64,000 bases of DNA from Acidobacteriota bacterium (GTDB lineage: Bacteria; Acidobacteriota; Vicinamibacteria; Marinacidobacterales; Marinacidobacteraceae), in contig JAJDUD010000008.1 of assembly GCA_022826825.1 (NCBI GenBank), forward strand, positions 11,643 to 75,642. The letters are read 5' to 3'. Position numbers and translations under genes: made by a program. Positions 9,546-19,335 of this stretch are shown in pieces. Numbering within the stretch: position 1 is the first letter of the stretch; every line of letters begins with the position of its first letter. The notes under the pieces are model-generated. The model ran no database searches, was not told the origin of the DNA, and saw only the letters and a program-made list of their open reading frames with translations.

Positions 9546-10601
9546 CTAGGCGTGGAGGAACACTTCCCGCCCCAGCGCAGACGACTCCTGAATCGCCTTC
9601 ACCACCCGCAGCGACCGGAGCGCCTCCTCGCCGGTGAGCACCGGGTCACGCCCCTCGCGCACCGCGTCCGCCATGTCCTGGAGCTGCACCCGGTGGCGCG
9701 TCTGCGGGTAGGCCCAGGGGTCGTCCGTGTCCACCCAGTCGGGCGTCTCTGGCAACCCCTCCGGCCCCGGCACGCCTTCCACGTCCCAGACCAGGAACTG
9801 GTCGTACTGGGCGTTCGCCACCACTGTCCCCCGCTCGCCGTGGATCTCGAGCCGCGAGCGGAGCGCCGGACGGATCGCGGTGGTGCTCTCCACCACCCCC
9901 ATGGCCCCGTTCTCGAAGCGCAGCAGCGCGGTCGCGAGGTCCTCCACTTCGATGCTGTGCCGCCGGGTGGCGGTGCGCCCGGTCACCGATGCCACCGGGC
10001 CCACGAGGTGCTGCAGCAGGTCGATGATGTGGATGGACTGGGTCATCAGGCAGCCGCCACCCTCGAGCGCCGCGGTGCCGCGCCACGCCGCCCTCCGGTA
10101 GTAGGCCGGGGAACGGCTCGCCTTGTCGAAGGCGTCCGCCAGCCAGATCTCGCCCAGCCCGCCGCCGCCGAGCAATTCCCGCAGTTTGTCCGCGACCCGT
10201 CCGAAGCGCATCTGAAAGATGACGCCGAGACTCACTCCCCGCTTCCGGCAGTGCTCGACCATCCGCTCGCCCGCTTCGACGGTGGCTTCGAGGGGCTTCT
10301 CCACCAGCACGTGACGGCCGGCGTCCGCCGCCGCCAGGGTCATCTCGGCGTGGAGGCCCGTAGGGGTGGTCAGGCACACCACCTCCACTTCCGGATCGGC
10401 GATCAGCTCCCGGTAGTCGGTGTAGGCCCGCGGGTTCCCGTGCTCGGCGGCAAACGCGCGCACCCGCTCCGGGTCCCGCGAAGCGACCGCGGCCAGGAAC
10501 CCACCCTCCACGAACGCCAGCTCGCGGGCGTTGAAACCGCCCGCCATCCCGGTCCCGATCAGGCCGAACCCGACCGGCCGGCGCTCCCCGGCGCCCGGCA
10601 T
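9546..10601 (-). CDS. Gfo/Idh/MocA-family NAD(P)-dependent oxidoreductase
   Basis: N-terminal Rossmann GFGLIGTGMAGG, plus the EKP motif (VLVEKPLE) and the characteristic C-terminal domain. Confidence 0.75.
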   Translation of the reverse strand: MPGAGERRPVGFGLIGTGMAGGFNARELAFVEGGFLAAVASRDPERVRAFAAEHGNPRAYTDYRELIADPEVEVVCLTTPTGLHAEMTLAAADAGRHVLVEKPLEATVEAGERMVEHCRKRGVSLGVIFQMRFGRVADKLRELLGGGGLGEIWLADAFDKASRSPAYYRRAAWRGTAALEGGGCLMTQSIHIIDLLQHLVGPVASVTGRTATRRHSIEVEDLATALLRFENGAMGVVESTTAIRPALRSRLEIHGERGTVVANAQYDQFLVWDVEGVPGPEGLPETPDWVDTDDPWAYPQTRHRVQLQDMADAVREGRDPVLTGEEALRSLRVVKAIQESSALGREVFLHA

Positions 10602-10602
10602 C

Positions 10603-10974
10603 TCAGCGCTGGAGTTCGAGGACGATCACCTCGATGGGATCCTCGCCCCGGTTCACGTCGCCGTGCAGTTCGTCCGGGGGATCGGCGTCCAGCCAGTAGG
10701 CCTTCCCGCTCTCCCAGTGCATGGCCTTCTCGTCGCCGGCCTCGGTCACCACGTGAAGCGTCCCGCCGCGAATCGCCACGATGGCGCGGCCGTTCTCGTG
10801 CCGGTGCATGGCGAGCGGCTGGTTCGGGTAGATGAACGTCTTCCAGACCTTCAGGTGTTCGTTCTCGAACTGCGGCTCCCGGCGGGTCCGCTGCTCCTGG
10901 CCGCCGACGAGACGGGACCCGGACACGAAACCGACCAGCAGACCGAGAGACAGGACGAGCAGCAGTCGCAGCAT
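10603..10974 (-). CDS. small secreted cupin-domain protein
   Basis: Signal peptide MLRLLLVLSLGLLVGF. A two-His cupin-like core (HRHENG...HV). Confidence 0.5.
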   Translation of the reverse strand: MLRLLLVLSLGLLVGFVSGSRLVGGQEQRTRREPQFENEHLKVWKTFIYPNQPLAMHRHENGRAIVAIRGGTLHVVTEAGDEKAMHWESGKAYWLDADPPDELHGDVNRGEDPIEVIVLELQR

Positions 10975-11012
10975 GGGAGTTCCTCCGTGCAGACCGTTAG
11001 GCTAATCGCATC

Positions 11013-12092
11013 ATGGTTGAGGCTCCAAAGAACGTACCCCTCGCGATCCCGGCGGCCGCCATCGTCTTCGGCCTGGCGGCCTGCGGCGGAACCAGCGACA
11101 TCACGCTGCCCTCGGAGGAGCCGCGAACGCCCTACCGGCTGGCGACCTACCGGGCGTCCGACGCCGGGGACGGCTCGCCCCGCCCGGCCATCGTCATCGG
11201 GGAGACGATTCTGGACCTGGCCGCGGCCGACGCCCTCTTCGCCACCGAGATCAGCGCCCAACCCTACGGGTTTCCTGGCGACCTGATCGCGATCATCGCC
11301 GCCGGCGACCGGGCGCACAACCGGCTGAACCAGCTCGCGAACCATTTCGCGGGCCGCGAAGACGGGTTCCGGTTCCGGATCGAGCCCCATCGCCTGACCG
11401 CGCCGCTCCTCTACCCCGCGCATCTGCTGGCGGCGGCGGCGAACTACCGCTCCCATGCCGCCGAAATGGACGTGGAGCAGGAGGTGGACCCCGACCGGGA
11501 CGCGCCCTACCTCTTCGCCAAGTCCGCCCGCTCCGGCATCATCGGGCCGGGAGAGCCCTACCGGATCCCGCCCGGCCGTGACCGGATCGACTGGGAGGGC
11601 GAACTCGGGGTGGTCATCGGGAAGACCGCTCTCCGGGTGCCGCTCAAGGACGCGCTCGACTACGTGTTCGGTTACACGGTCGTCTTCGACGTGAGCGACC
11701 GCGGCGGCCGGTTCCGCGAGAACCCCATGCTCCCGGGCCCGGACTGGTTCTCCGGGAAGAGCGGCGACCGCGCCGCCCCGATGGGACCGTACGTCACCCC
11801 GAGCGCCTTCCTGCCCGACCCGCAAGCGCTTCGCCTCACCACGCGGATCGACGACCGGGTCGTCCAGGACGACACCACGGCCGGCATGATCTATTCGGTC
11901 GCGCACCTCGTCGCCTACGCCAGCCAGATCGTGACCCTCCACCCGGGAGACGTGATCGCCACCGGCACCCCGGACGGGGTGGGCTCGGCGCGGGAACCGC
12001 CCGAGTTCCTGAGCCCCGGCCAGACCGTGCATATCGAGATCGAGGGGATCGGCACGCTCTCCACGCCGATTGAGGCCGACGGCGACCCATGA
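11013..12092 (+). CDS. fumarylacetoacetate hydrolase (FAH) family protein, lipoprotein-like N-terminus
   Basis: WEGELGVVIGK...VFGYTVVFDVSDR is typical of FAH-fold hydrolases/isomerases. N-terminal LAACGG lipobox. Confidence 0.7.
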   Translation: MVEAPKNVPLAIPAAAIVFGLAACGGTSDITLPSEEPRTPYRLATYRASDAGDGSPRPAIVIGETILDLAAADALFATEISAQPYGFPGDLIAIIAAGDRAHNRLNQLANHFAGREDGFRFRIEPHRLTAPLLYPAHLLAAAANYRSHAAEMDVEQEVDPDRDAPYLFAKSARSGIIGPGEPYRIPPGRDRIDWEGELGVVIGKTALRVPLKDALDYVFGYTVVFDVSDRGGRFRENPMLPGPDWFSGKSGDRAAPMGPYVTPSAFLPDPQALRLTTRIDDRVVQDDTTAGMIYSVAHLVAYASQIVTLHPGDVIATGTPDGVGSAREPPEFLSPGQTVHIEIEGIGTLSTPIEADGDP

Positions 12093-13129
12093 GGGGCCTG
12101 GGAGTTCTCGCCGCGCTCCTCGCCGTGCTCGTGGCCGTGCCGCCGGCGGACGGCTACCGGCTGCGGAGCAGATACCACTGGATCCCGTCCTCCGCCGACG
12201 CGGAACGCTGGCAGCGATCCGACTTTCCGCTCCGTTTCCGGATGCTGGAAAACGACAACGTCCCCGTCGGCGTGGACCTGAACGCCAGCGCCTGGGCGGC
12301 GCTCGCCCGCCGCAGTTTCACCCACTGGACCGGAATCCCGACAGCGCAGATCGACCTCATCCTGGAAGACGAGACCGTCAAGCGTTCGGCTGCCGACCAG
12401 GACGACGGCATCAACACCATCGGGTTCTCCTCCGACGAGGCCTTCGTGGATTCGTGGTTCACGGCCTACGCCGCCTGGCGCTGGGACGGCGACCAACTGG
12501 TGGGGTGCGACATCGAGGTGAACCCCGACTTCGTGAAGAACTGGGCGCCGCAGGACCCCTACCAGCTCCTGGAGGTCGTCTTGATCCACGAGATGGGCCA
12601 CTGCCTCGGACTCGCGCACACGGAGCCGCACCCGATGCCGCTCTGGACGGATCTCCCGGTCAGGGCGGATCCGTCCTTCCTGCCCGACCCGATCATGTCC
12701 TATTCGAACTCGTACGGGGTGGAGCTCTCCGAAGACGAAATCGTGGCGGTTTCGCTGCTCTACCCGGCGCCCGGGTTCCTGGGGTCCGTTGGCTCCGTAA
12801 GCCTGGCCGTGGGTTGGGAAGAAAGTCGATTCGCCTTCGCTTACGTACAGGCGGTGCGGCCCGGCGAACCGGGCATTCCCGCCCGGCCCGGTCCGGGGAC
12901 GTTCACCGACGAGTCCGGGAACTTCCAACTGGAAGGGCTGAGTCCGGGTCACTGGATGCTCTGGTTCCACCCGATTCTCGTGACCCGCCGGAACGCCCAC
13001 GGACGCATGCTCGAGATCGCGGACGAGTCCGGCACGTCGGGTTTCGACCACTTCTGGACCTGGGTACGGGTGGGCGCGGGGCAGAACCTCCAGATGGCCG
13101 GCCTGCCCGTCCCCGGAATCAGACCGTGA
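12089..13129 (+). CDS. secreted matrixin-like (M10) zinc metalloprotease with a C-terminal beta-sandwich domain
   Basis: HEMGHCLGLAH is the extended HEXXHXXGXXH zincin motif. Signal peptide present. ATGA overlap with the upstream FAH gene. Confidence 0.65.
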   Translation: MRGLGVLAALLAVLVAVPPADGYRLRSRYHWIPSSADAERWQRSDFPLRFRMLENDNVPVGVDLNASAWAALARRSFTHWTGIPTAQIDLILEDETVKRSAADQDDGINTIGFSSDEAFVDSWFTAYAAWRWDGDQLVGCDIEVNPDFVKNWAPQDPYQLLEVVLIHEMGHCLGLAHTEPHPMPLWTDLPVRADPSFLPDPIMSYSNSYGVELSEDEIVAVSLLYPAPGFLGSVGSVSLAVGWEESRFAFAYVQAVRPGEPGIPARPGPGTFTDESGNFQLEGLSPGHWMLWFHPILVTRRNAHGRMLEIADESGTSGFDHFWTWVRVGAGQNLQMAGLPVPGIRP

Positions 13130-13596
13130 ATCCCATTCCGGCCGTTCGCCGCTTCGGGGGAGTGGCCGCCGCCGGACTCTGGTTTCTTCTCGGCTGTGCC
13201 GGGGGCTCCACTCCCCCGGTCGCTCCCAACCTGCCGGCGCCGCCGCCACCCATCTGTACCAGCGTCACCCTGGAGATGGACTTCCTCGGCCGGGGCGACT
13301 CGCCCGGGATCTCACGCGGGAGGCTCACGCTCGAGTCGACCCGGCTGGACACGTCGGTTCACTTCCAGGCGCCCTATGAGGTCCTGGTGCCGGACGGAGG
13401 CGCGAACCTGGACGTTCCCGGACTTCGTCCCACGCTCGGGGTGTTCGTCTCGGATCTCGCCTTCGACGTTCTCGGGAGCGGATACCGGCAGACCATGACC
13501 CTGGAGTGGCTTTCGGAACTGGAGTTCTACGCGCTCGAGCCGAATTGCCCACCGCTGTCCGTCTCCTGCGACGCGTCCGGCTGCACCGGGCCGTAG
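13126..13596 (+). CDS. putative small lipoprotein (GTG start overlapping the protease stop)
   Basis: LLGCAGG lipobox after a hydrophobic segment. In frame within the long track ORF 12070-13596. The start is an inference. Confidence 0.35.
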   Translation: MNPIPAVRRFGGVAAAGLWFLLGCAGGSTPPVAPNLPAPPPPICTSVTLEMDFLGRGDSPGISRGRLTLESTRLDTSVHFQAPYEVLVPDGGANLDVPGLRPTLGVFVSDLAFDVLGSGYRQTMTLEWLSELEFYALEPNCPPLSVSCDASGCTGP

Positions 13597-13783
13597 CCGC
13601 GTCCCGGCAGGCTTTTCGTTGTCGGTCGGGGAGACCTGGCCGCCTTCCCGCACGGTCCCGTTCGCTTCCGGAGCGGGGCGCCAGCCGCGCGGAGACTCCT
13701 TGAGCACGAGGCAAGGAAGTGGGCGCCAGCCGACTTCCGTTCCTCGTAGCTCGGGAATGCCGCGTGACTGTTTCCACAGGCTG

Positions 13784-15448
13784 CTAACGGCGCGGCGTAC
13801 GGGTCGCGGTTCGCGAAGCCACCACCCGCGAGTCGGGAAAAGGAGCCTCGAACCGCTCCTCCGTCCCGTCCGGCCAGCGGACCCGGAGCCCCGTGATCTC
13901 CGCGCCCGCCGGGATCCCGAAGTGGGCTACCGGCTCGCTGCTCGTGAGGTAGCCGGCCTCCGGGTTCAGGGCGCGGACCAGGCTCCGGTCGCCGAGTTCG
14001 AGCGTCACCACCGCGCCCGGGCTGGCCCGCGAGAACTCACGCGGCTCCACGATGAGGAATCCGCCTTCCCTTGAGGAGCGGTTCTCGAAGAGGCGAGCCG
14101 GCCCTCCCACGGCGGTGACCAGGACATCCAGGTCCCCGTCGCGGTCCCAGTCTCCGGTGACGAGTCCCCTGCCCACCGCTGGTGCCCCGGTGAAGCCCTC
14201 GATGGCCACTGCCTCGAAACGTCCGCTCCCGTCGCCCAGGAACGCCTGGGCGGGCTCGGCATAGACGTCGAGTCCGCCGGCGGCCGCCGTCCCTCCCTCC
14301 CGGGCGACCGCGCCGTTCACGAGCAGCAGGTCGAGGTCCCCGTCCATCTCCAGGTCGAGAAAGCGCGTTCCGAAGCCGGTCCAGGGAAGGCTCGGCAGCG
14401 CCAGCCCCAGCGCCGGGGTGTCGTCGAGGTATCCGCCGCCCTGGTTCCGGTAGAGCGTGTTCGTCTGGGCGCGGAGGTGGGTCATGAAGAGGTCGAGATC
14501 CGCGTCCCCGTCCACGTCCCCGAGCAGCACCCCCATGCTCGCTTCGGGGCGTCCCTGGGCATTCAGCGCGACGCCCAGGAAGAGGGCGGCGTCGGAGAAA
14601 GTCCCGTCCTCGCCCTGTTCCCAGAGCAGGTTGGGCTCGCCGTCGTTCGCCACGTAGAAGTCGAGCCGTCCGTCCCCGGTGAAGTCGTGGCACAGGACGC
14701 CGAGCGCCGGACGGCGTTCCGACAGGATCCCCGCCTCGGCGGACACGTCCTCGAAGGTCCCGTCGCCCCGGTTCCGGAAGAGGCCGTCGCGTTCGTAGGG
14801 AAGGCTCTGCGGCGAGCAGAAGTCGGGCTCGCCGGAAGCCGAAACGCAGTCGCGGTCCGGGTCGTTCACGAGATAGCCGCCCACGTAGAGGTCGAGGTCG
14901 GTGTCGCCGTCGTAGTCGCAAAAGGCCGCCGAACTGGACCAGCGTTCGCCGAACACGGCGGAGTCCATCCGGAGGAACGACCCGCCGCCGCCGAAGTAGA
15001 GGGCGTCCTGCCCGTAGTTCGTGACGAAGACGTCGGCGCCGCCGTCTCCGTTCACGTCCCCCACCGCGACGCCGGCGCCGTAGCCCCGGTCGAAGAGCCC
15101 GCGGGCGCCGGCGTCGTCCCGGAACGTGCCGTTCGGCTGCTGCAGAAAGAGGCGGTTGCCGGGGACTTCCGCGGGGAGGATCCCGCCCCGGTCCTCCGGA
15201 AGCGGACCCCCCTGGATCAGGTAGATGTCGAGGTCCCCGTCGCCGTCGGCGTCGAAGAGCGCGGCGCCCGAACCCATGATCGCGGGCAGCGGAAACCGCG
15301 AGAGGTCCCCGGGGTCATGGACGAACGCGACCCCCAACGTCTTCGTCACTTCAACGAGGCGGGGTTCGGTCTGCGCGGCCGCGCCCACCGCCCAGCCCAC
15401 CGCCAAGCCCGTACCGACCGCCCACCGCCGGGCTGCCGGTCCGTGCAA
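13784..15448 (-). CDS. CRTAC1-family protein (FG-GAP/VCBS repeats plus ASPIC/UnbV C-terminal domain)
   Basis: Signal peptide. Repeated DxDGDGxxD calcium-binding-like FG-GAP motifs (DADGDGDLDIY, DVNGDGGADVFV, DYDGDTDLDLY, DWDRDGDLDVL) and a UnbV/ASPIC-like C-terminus. Confidence 0.7.
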   Translation of the reverse strand: MHGPAARRWAVGTGLAVGWAVGAAAQTEPRLVEVTKTLGVAFVHDPGDLSRFPLPAIMGSGAALFDADGDGDLDIYLIQGGPLPEDRGGILPAEVPGNRLFLQQPNGTFRDDAGARGLFDRGYGAGVAVGDVNGDGGADVFVTNYGQDALYFGGGGSFLRMDSAVFGERWSSSAAFCDYDGDTDLDLYVGGYLVNDPDRDCVSASGEPDFCSPQSLPYERDGLFRNRGDGTFEDVSAEAGILSERRPALGVLCHDFTGDGRLDFYVANDGEPNLLWEQGEDGTFSDAALFLGVALNAQGRPEASMGVLLGDVDGDADLDLFMTHLRAQTNTLYRNQGGGYLDDTPALGLALPSLPWTGFGTRFLDLEMDGDLDLLLVNGAVAREGGTAAAGGLDVYAEPAQAFLGDGSGRFEAVAIEGFTGAPAVGRGLVTGDWDRDGDLDVLVTAVGGPARLFENRSSREGGFLIVEPREFSRASPGAVVTLELGDRSLVRALNPEAGYLTSSEPVAHFGIPAGAEITGLRVRWPDGTEERFEAPFPDSRVVASRTATRTPRR

Positions 15449-15450
15449 GG

Positions 15451-16146
15451 TCAGAAGTTGCGAGGCTCGAACCCGGGCGGACTCACGATGCTGGCGCTCG
15501 ATCCCACCACGCGAATCAGGAGCAGACCCCGCCGGAGCGCCATCGCGGGTGCGGATTCCGTCGCCGTCAGGTAGGCCATGGCACCGTGAACCGCCTCTCG
15601 CGAACAGTCCGGGAAGAGATCGCGGAAACGCTCCATCTTGCCGACGAACTGCCGGACGTACTCCGGCCGAAGCGTCGTCTTGACCTCGACTCCCACGGAG
15701 ACAGCGTCTCCGAGGGCCACCAGATCCATCTCGGCGACCGTCATCCCGTTCCGCGATATTCCCCGCCGCCGGACCAGGTCACCGTAAACCGGATAGCCGC
15801 CCTTCTGGAGCAGGGGAACGAGATCTCCCTCGGTCAGCGCCTCCATGAGTCGTCCGAAGCGCGCGTCGCCGTCACCCATCATGCGGTGGACCGCCCGACG
15901 CAACGCTTCCTGCGCGGCGGTTTCTCGTTCGTCGCGTTCCTTCCGCTCCTGCCGCCAGGCCGCTTCCTGCGCCTCGCGTTCCCGACGCCGGGCCGCTTCC
16001 TGCGCCTCGCGTTCCCGACTCCGGGCCGCTTCCTCAACCTCGAACCGACGGCGCCATTCCTCGTGCTCACGGATTTCCTGCGCCATCTGGCGCAGGATGC
16101 GCCATACCGACTCGGGGCTGGAGCGGAGGCGACGTTTTCGGGCCAT
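15451..16146 (-). CDS. hypothetical protein with Glu/Arg-rich coiled-coil repeats and a C-terminal PD-(D/E)xK-nuclease-like region
   Basis: Internal ATG (MARKRRLRSS). The upstream part of the track ORF overlaps the TPR gene in a different frame. Contains the tandem repeat REREAQEAARR/REREAQEAAWR. The nuclease-like call is weak. Confidence 0.4.
   Translation of the reverse strand: MARKRRLRSSPESVWRILRQMAQEIREHEEWRRRFEVEEAARSREREAQEAARRREREAQEAAWRQERKERDERETAAQEALRRAVHRMMGDGDARFGRLMEALTEGDLVPLLQKGGYPVYGDLVRRRGISRNGMTVAEMDLVALGDAVSVGVEVKTTLRPEYVRQFVGKMERFRDLFPDCSREAVHGAMAYLTATESAPAMALRRGLLLIRVVGSSASIVSPPGFEPRNF
15905..16050. repeat. 33-nt tandem direct repeat (about 2.5-3 units) inside a CDS
   Basis: GCCGCTTCCTGCGCCTCGCGTTCCCGAC(G/T)CCGG occurs twice in perfect tandem, flanked by degenerate units. 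It encodes the 11-aa E/R repeats. Confidence 0.55.
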
Positions 16147-16168
16147 GAGCGCGCAGCGAGGATTGTAG

Positions 16169-17506
16169 TCAGCGGCCCGGTTCGGGGTGCTTCGCCCGCA
16201 GCGCGGTGACGAAGCCCTCGGGTACTGCGGCGCCCAGATCCTGCGCCTCGTGGACCGCGCTCCACGCTTCCGCGAACCGGTCGAGTTCGGCGAGCGCAAC
16301 CGCCGCCAGCACCCGTGAGGCCCCGTCCTCCGGATCGAGCCGGCGAGCGCGTTCCAGCGCGGCGAGCGCCGGCTCGAAACGGCGCTGGCGGAGCAGCACG
16401 TCGCCCAGCGCAGCGTGGGTCCGCGGCTCATCGGGCCGCGATTCGAGCGACGTACGGAACTCGTATTCCGCGGCGGGAAGGTCCCCCTCGCGCGCCCGGA
16501 GCACGCCCAGCCCGAAGCGGGCGAGCGCCTGTCCCGGGTCGAGCGCCACCGCGTCGCGGTACCGGGGCTCCGCCTCGCCGGGCCGGCCCCGCTGGTCCAG
16601 CACCGCGCCGAACTCGGCGAGCACGTCGGCGTCCCGGGGACGGATCTGGGCGAGATCCCGATAGAGGATCTCGGCATCCTCCAGGCGGCCCGCGCGCCGC
16701 GCCGCCCGGGCGCGCTCCAGCAGGCGCGGGGAAGAGATGTCCCGCTCGCTCATCCGGAAGTGGATCGGGTCCTCGATCGGAGGGAGACCGGCGTCCGGCC
16801 TCCCCTCTCCGGCGCTGAGGACCTCTTCGGCGCGCTCCCGGTCTCCCGCAGCGTTCCAGGCGCGCACGAGCGCCGCGCGCACGCCGCCGGCATCCGGCGC
16901 CAGCGCCAGCGCCCGCTCGAGGAGGGAGATCGCCTCGCGGGCCTCCCCGGCGGCCAACTCGACCGAGCCGAGCCGAAAGAGCGCGAGCGCGGCGCCGGGA
17001 TCGAGGCTGAGGGCTTCCCGATAGGCCTGCCCGGCGCTCGTCCGGTCGCCGAGTTCCTCGCGCAACTCGCCAAGCAGGATGAGGCTCGGCGGATAGCCCG
17101 GATGTTCCTCGATGCCCGCGGCGAGGACTCGCGCCGCTTCCGCGGGGTCGGCGCCGCGACTGGCGTGAGCCAGCAGGTAACGCGCCGTGAGCCGGGACAC
17201 GTCTCCGGCTGGTAGAAGTTCGAGCGCCGCCCGGTAGCACTCCGCCGCCTCGGTCACGAGCCCGTGGGCCTGGAGAGTTTCGCCGTACTCCAGCCAGCGC
17301 GCCGGGTCTTCGGGCCGGGTCCGCAACGCTTCCACGAGGTCGTCCAGGCGTACGAGGATCTGCGGCTCCATACCGCGGCTGTCCACCAGGGGAGGCACCG
17401 GGGACTGCCCGAACGCCCCGTGGGCGGCGAACACGAGTACGACACCGCCGAGGAGGCCACTGCGTCCGGCCGTCGGGATCACGCCCTGTTCACCGTCGTG
17501 CGGCAC
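16169..17506 (-). CDS. secreted tetratricopeptide-repeat (TPR) protein
   Basis: Signal-like N-terminus. About eight Ala/Leu/Glu/Arg-rich 34-aa TPR-like units (AxxxYRxALxLDP pattern repeated). Confidence 0.6.
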   Translation of the reverse strand: MPHDGEQGVIPTAGRSGLLGGVVLVFAAHGAFGQSPVPPLVDSRGMEPQILVRLDDLVEALRTRPEDPARWLEYGETLQAHGLVTEAAECYRAALELLPAGDVSRLTARYLLAHASRGADPAEAARVLAAGIEEHPGYPPSLILLGELREELGDRTSAGQAYREALSLDPGAALALFRLGSVELAAGEAREAISLLERALALAPDAGGVRAALVRAWNAAGDRERAEEVLSAGEGRPDAGLPPIEDPIHFRMSERDISSPRLLERARAARRAGRLEDAEILYRDLAQIRPRDADVLAEFGAVLDQRGRPGEAEPRYRDAVALDPGQALARFGLGVLRAREGDLPAAEYEFRTSLESRPDEPRTHAALGDVLLRQRRFEPALAALERARRLDPEDGASRVLAAVALAELDRFAEAWSAVHEAQDLGAAVPEGFVTALRAKHPEPGR

Positions 17507-17785
17507 GTAGAACGGCAGAAGCTGACACCGAGGGCTCTAGCTGGTGCCCGAAACGCCATCTCCCCAATTCTGGATCCGTCGGGCATACATGTGAGATCGA
17601 AAATGCACGGTCCGAGCGCTATCTTGCGCCGGCTGCTCACGAAGGCAGGTGTTCATTCTTGCAGCCTACAAGGGCACCCTTTAGGATAGCGGATCAAATG
17701 AGCGGGCAGGTGACGCGTGGACCGGGACACACTCCGGAGCCCGAACGCGGGTCAGGTGTGACCGTAGAACAGACAGCTATGCGGA

Positions 17786-18826
17786 GTGACGGCGGCTAGG
17801 ATGCACCCATTGGACGTCGTTCTCAGCGTCGTGTTTTGTGTCCTTTTCCTTGCCGCAATCGGGCTCAGTTTCCGAAGCGGGTCCCGAGTCACTGTTGGGA
17901 CGCTAGTGGGTGGAGGATTGGTAGTCGTCGCCGTTGTTGTCCTGCCTCTCGAGAGCTTGGAATGGAGTCCTGACGGTGGAATCAGAGTCCAGACGCGGGG
18001 GCCACGAATGCGGAATGTTGAAATCTCTGTGCACAGCGTGGCGGAGGGTATTGACACGGAGCAGCTCCACGTGTTTCTTGTACCAGTTCAACATAAAGCA
18101 GTCACCCAGACTAGAAGCGGTGACACGTTCTTCTCGTTCGAAAATGTGCCAGAGGGAGCGTACAACGTGCTTCTAGCGGACCGCGCAGGGCACTTTCTGT
18201 TGGAACCTCGTACAGTGGCAGGCGACCCTACATTGGATTCAATTGACCGGTTCCCGCGGGGAATCAACGTAAGCGGGGAAGTAAGAGAACTTACAGGGCG
18301 TCCCCTGGCAAATGTCGCAGTTGGTCTGGGAGACAACGTCGCGTGGACCAGGGCCGATGGATCCTCTGGTATCGAGGGAGCCCAATCCGGCGAACGTCAA
18401 CTGCGGATACTAGGTCGTGCACAATCACTAGAGCCGATCGAGCTGGGATCAGAAGATGTGGATGCCGGAGTTCTCTATTGGCCCGACCCCGTGCGAGACG
18501 CCCAGTTTTGCGAAGAGATTCAAGTGACTGAGGATTCGGAAGGCGAGAAGAGGTGGGTATTGGTTGACCCGTCACAGACGTTTTCCCCGGACGTTGAACG
18601 TGTGTACTTCTATACACGTGTAGTGGGTGCTACAGCACCAACACAGATAATACACCGGTGGATTCATGACGACACACCTGTTGACGTCCCTCTTGATATC
18701 GAGAGCAACGATTACCGTACAAATAGTTCTCGTCAAATCGATCGAAAGCAAGGCGAGTGGAAAGTACAGGTATTGTCGAAGTCCGGAGATATTCTCGCAA
18801 CCAGGGCTTTCTGGGTTGGAGAATAG
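17786..18826 (+). CDS. membrane-anchored protein with a DUF2914-like C-terminal domain, inside a lower-GC islet
   Basis: N-terminal TM helix followed by beta-rich domains. The tail (VERVYFYTRVVGA...IIHRWIHDDTPV...GEWKVQVLSKSGDILATRAFWV) resembles the DUF2914 signature. GC is markedly lower than the flanks. Confidence 0.4.
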   Translation: MTAARMHPLDVVLSVVFCVLFLAAIGLSFRSGSRVTVGTLVGGGLVVVAVVVLPLESLEWSPDGGIRVQTRGPRMRNVEISVHSVAEGIDTEQLHVFLVPVQHKAVTQTRSGDTFFSFENVPEGAYNVLLADRAGHFLLEPRTVAGDPTLDSIDRFPRGINVSGEVRELTGRPLANVAVGLGDNVAWTRADGSSGIEGAQSGERQLRILGRAQSLEPIELGSEDVDAGVLYWPDPVRDAQFCEEIQVTEDSEGEKRWVLVDPSQTFSPDVERVYFYTRVVGATAPTQIIHRWIHDDTPVDVPLDIESNDYRTNSSRQIDRKQGEWKVQVLSKSGDILATRAFWVGE

Positions 18827-18919
18827 GTCAATCTATAACACGCACTGCTTGCCCACTAACCTACGAGTAGGCGGACTCCGGCGAACCACAAATGGCACGA
18901 CTCTGACACGGTCGCGCCC

Positions 18920-19333
18920 TTGTTTCCCACGATGAAGAAGCTACCATCGTGGGTGTTACCTACTCTGGTTGTAGGAGTGCTCCTTGTTCTGTCCTCCCTC
19001 TTGCTGGTGCGCCTATGGAGTTCGGTGGTCCTTCGGGCTCCATTTTTCGGTCGTTTGGAACCCGCCACGCTCTCGGCCCTTTCCCTCCAAGTCGTCTTAC
19101 TGTCCGCGTTCATTACGCTGTCGAGCTTCATGGTTGCCATGATCGCGTTTCTTGGCTACCGCCAGATCAAGGAGGCTGCGGTGCAGAAAGCCGTCACCGC
19201 AGCAGTGGATAAGTGCCTGGAGCGAACCGACACTGCCGTAAGTGAACGTCTGAATGAGGTTCTTGGATCCAGGGTAGAAACCGGGCCCTCTCCAGAACCA
19301 GAACTAACCGAAGAGGTCTCCGAGGAGGTCTAG
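18920..19333 (+). CDS. small two-TM membrane protein with an acidic coiled-coil tail; true start may be MKKLPSW at 18932
   Basis: Two hydrophobic helices, then a KEAAVQKAV...EEVSEEV tail. The stop lies 2 nt before the ImmA-like gene start. Confidence 0.4.
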   Translation: MFPTMKKLPSWVLPTLVVGVLLVLSSLLLVRLWSSVVLRAPFFGRLEPATLSALSLQVVLLSAFITLSSFMVAMIAFLGYRQIKEAAVQKAVTAAVDKCLERTDTAVSERLNEVLGSRVETGPSPEPELTEEVSEEV

Positions 19334-19335
19334 GG

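Noticed and set aside
16169-16677. Upstream 177 codons of the 15451-16677 ORF
   Set aside because: This part overlaps the 3' end of the TPR gene in another frame and is Arg/Ser/Pro-rich. The internal ATG at 16146 was used instead.
17507-17790. Possible tRNA or integrase attachment site at the boundary of the low-GC islet
   Set aside because: By eye there is no cloverleaf and no GGTTCGANTCC T-loop, and no integrase gene nearby. The islet boundary remains undefined.
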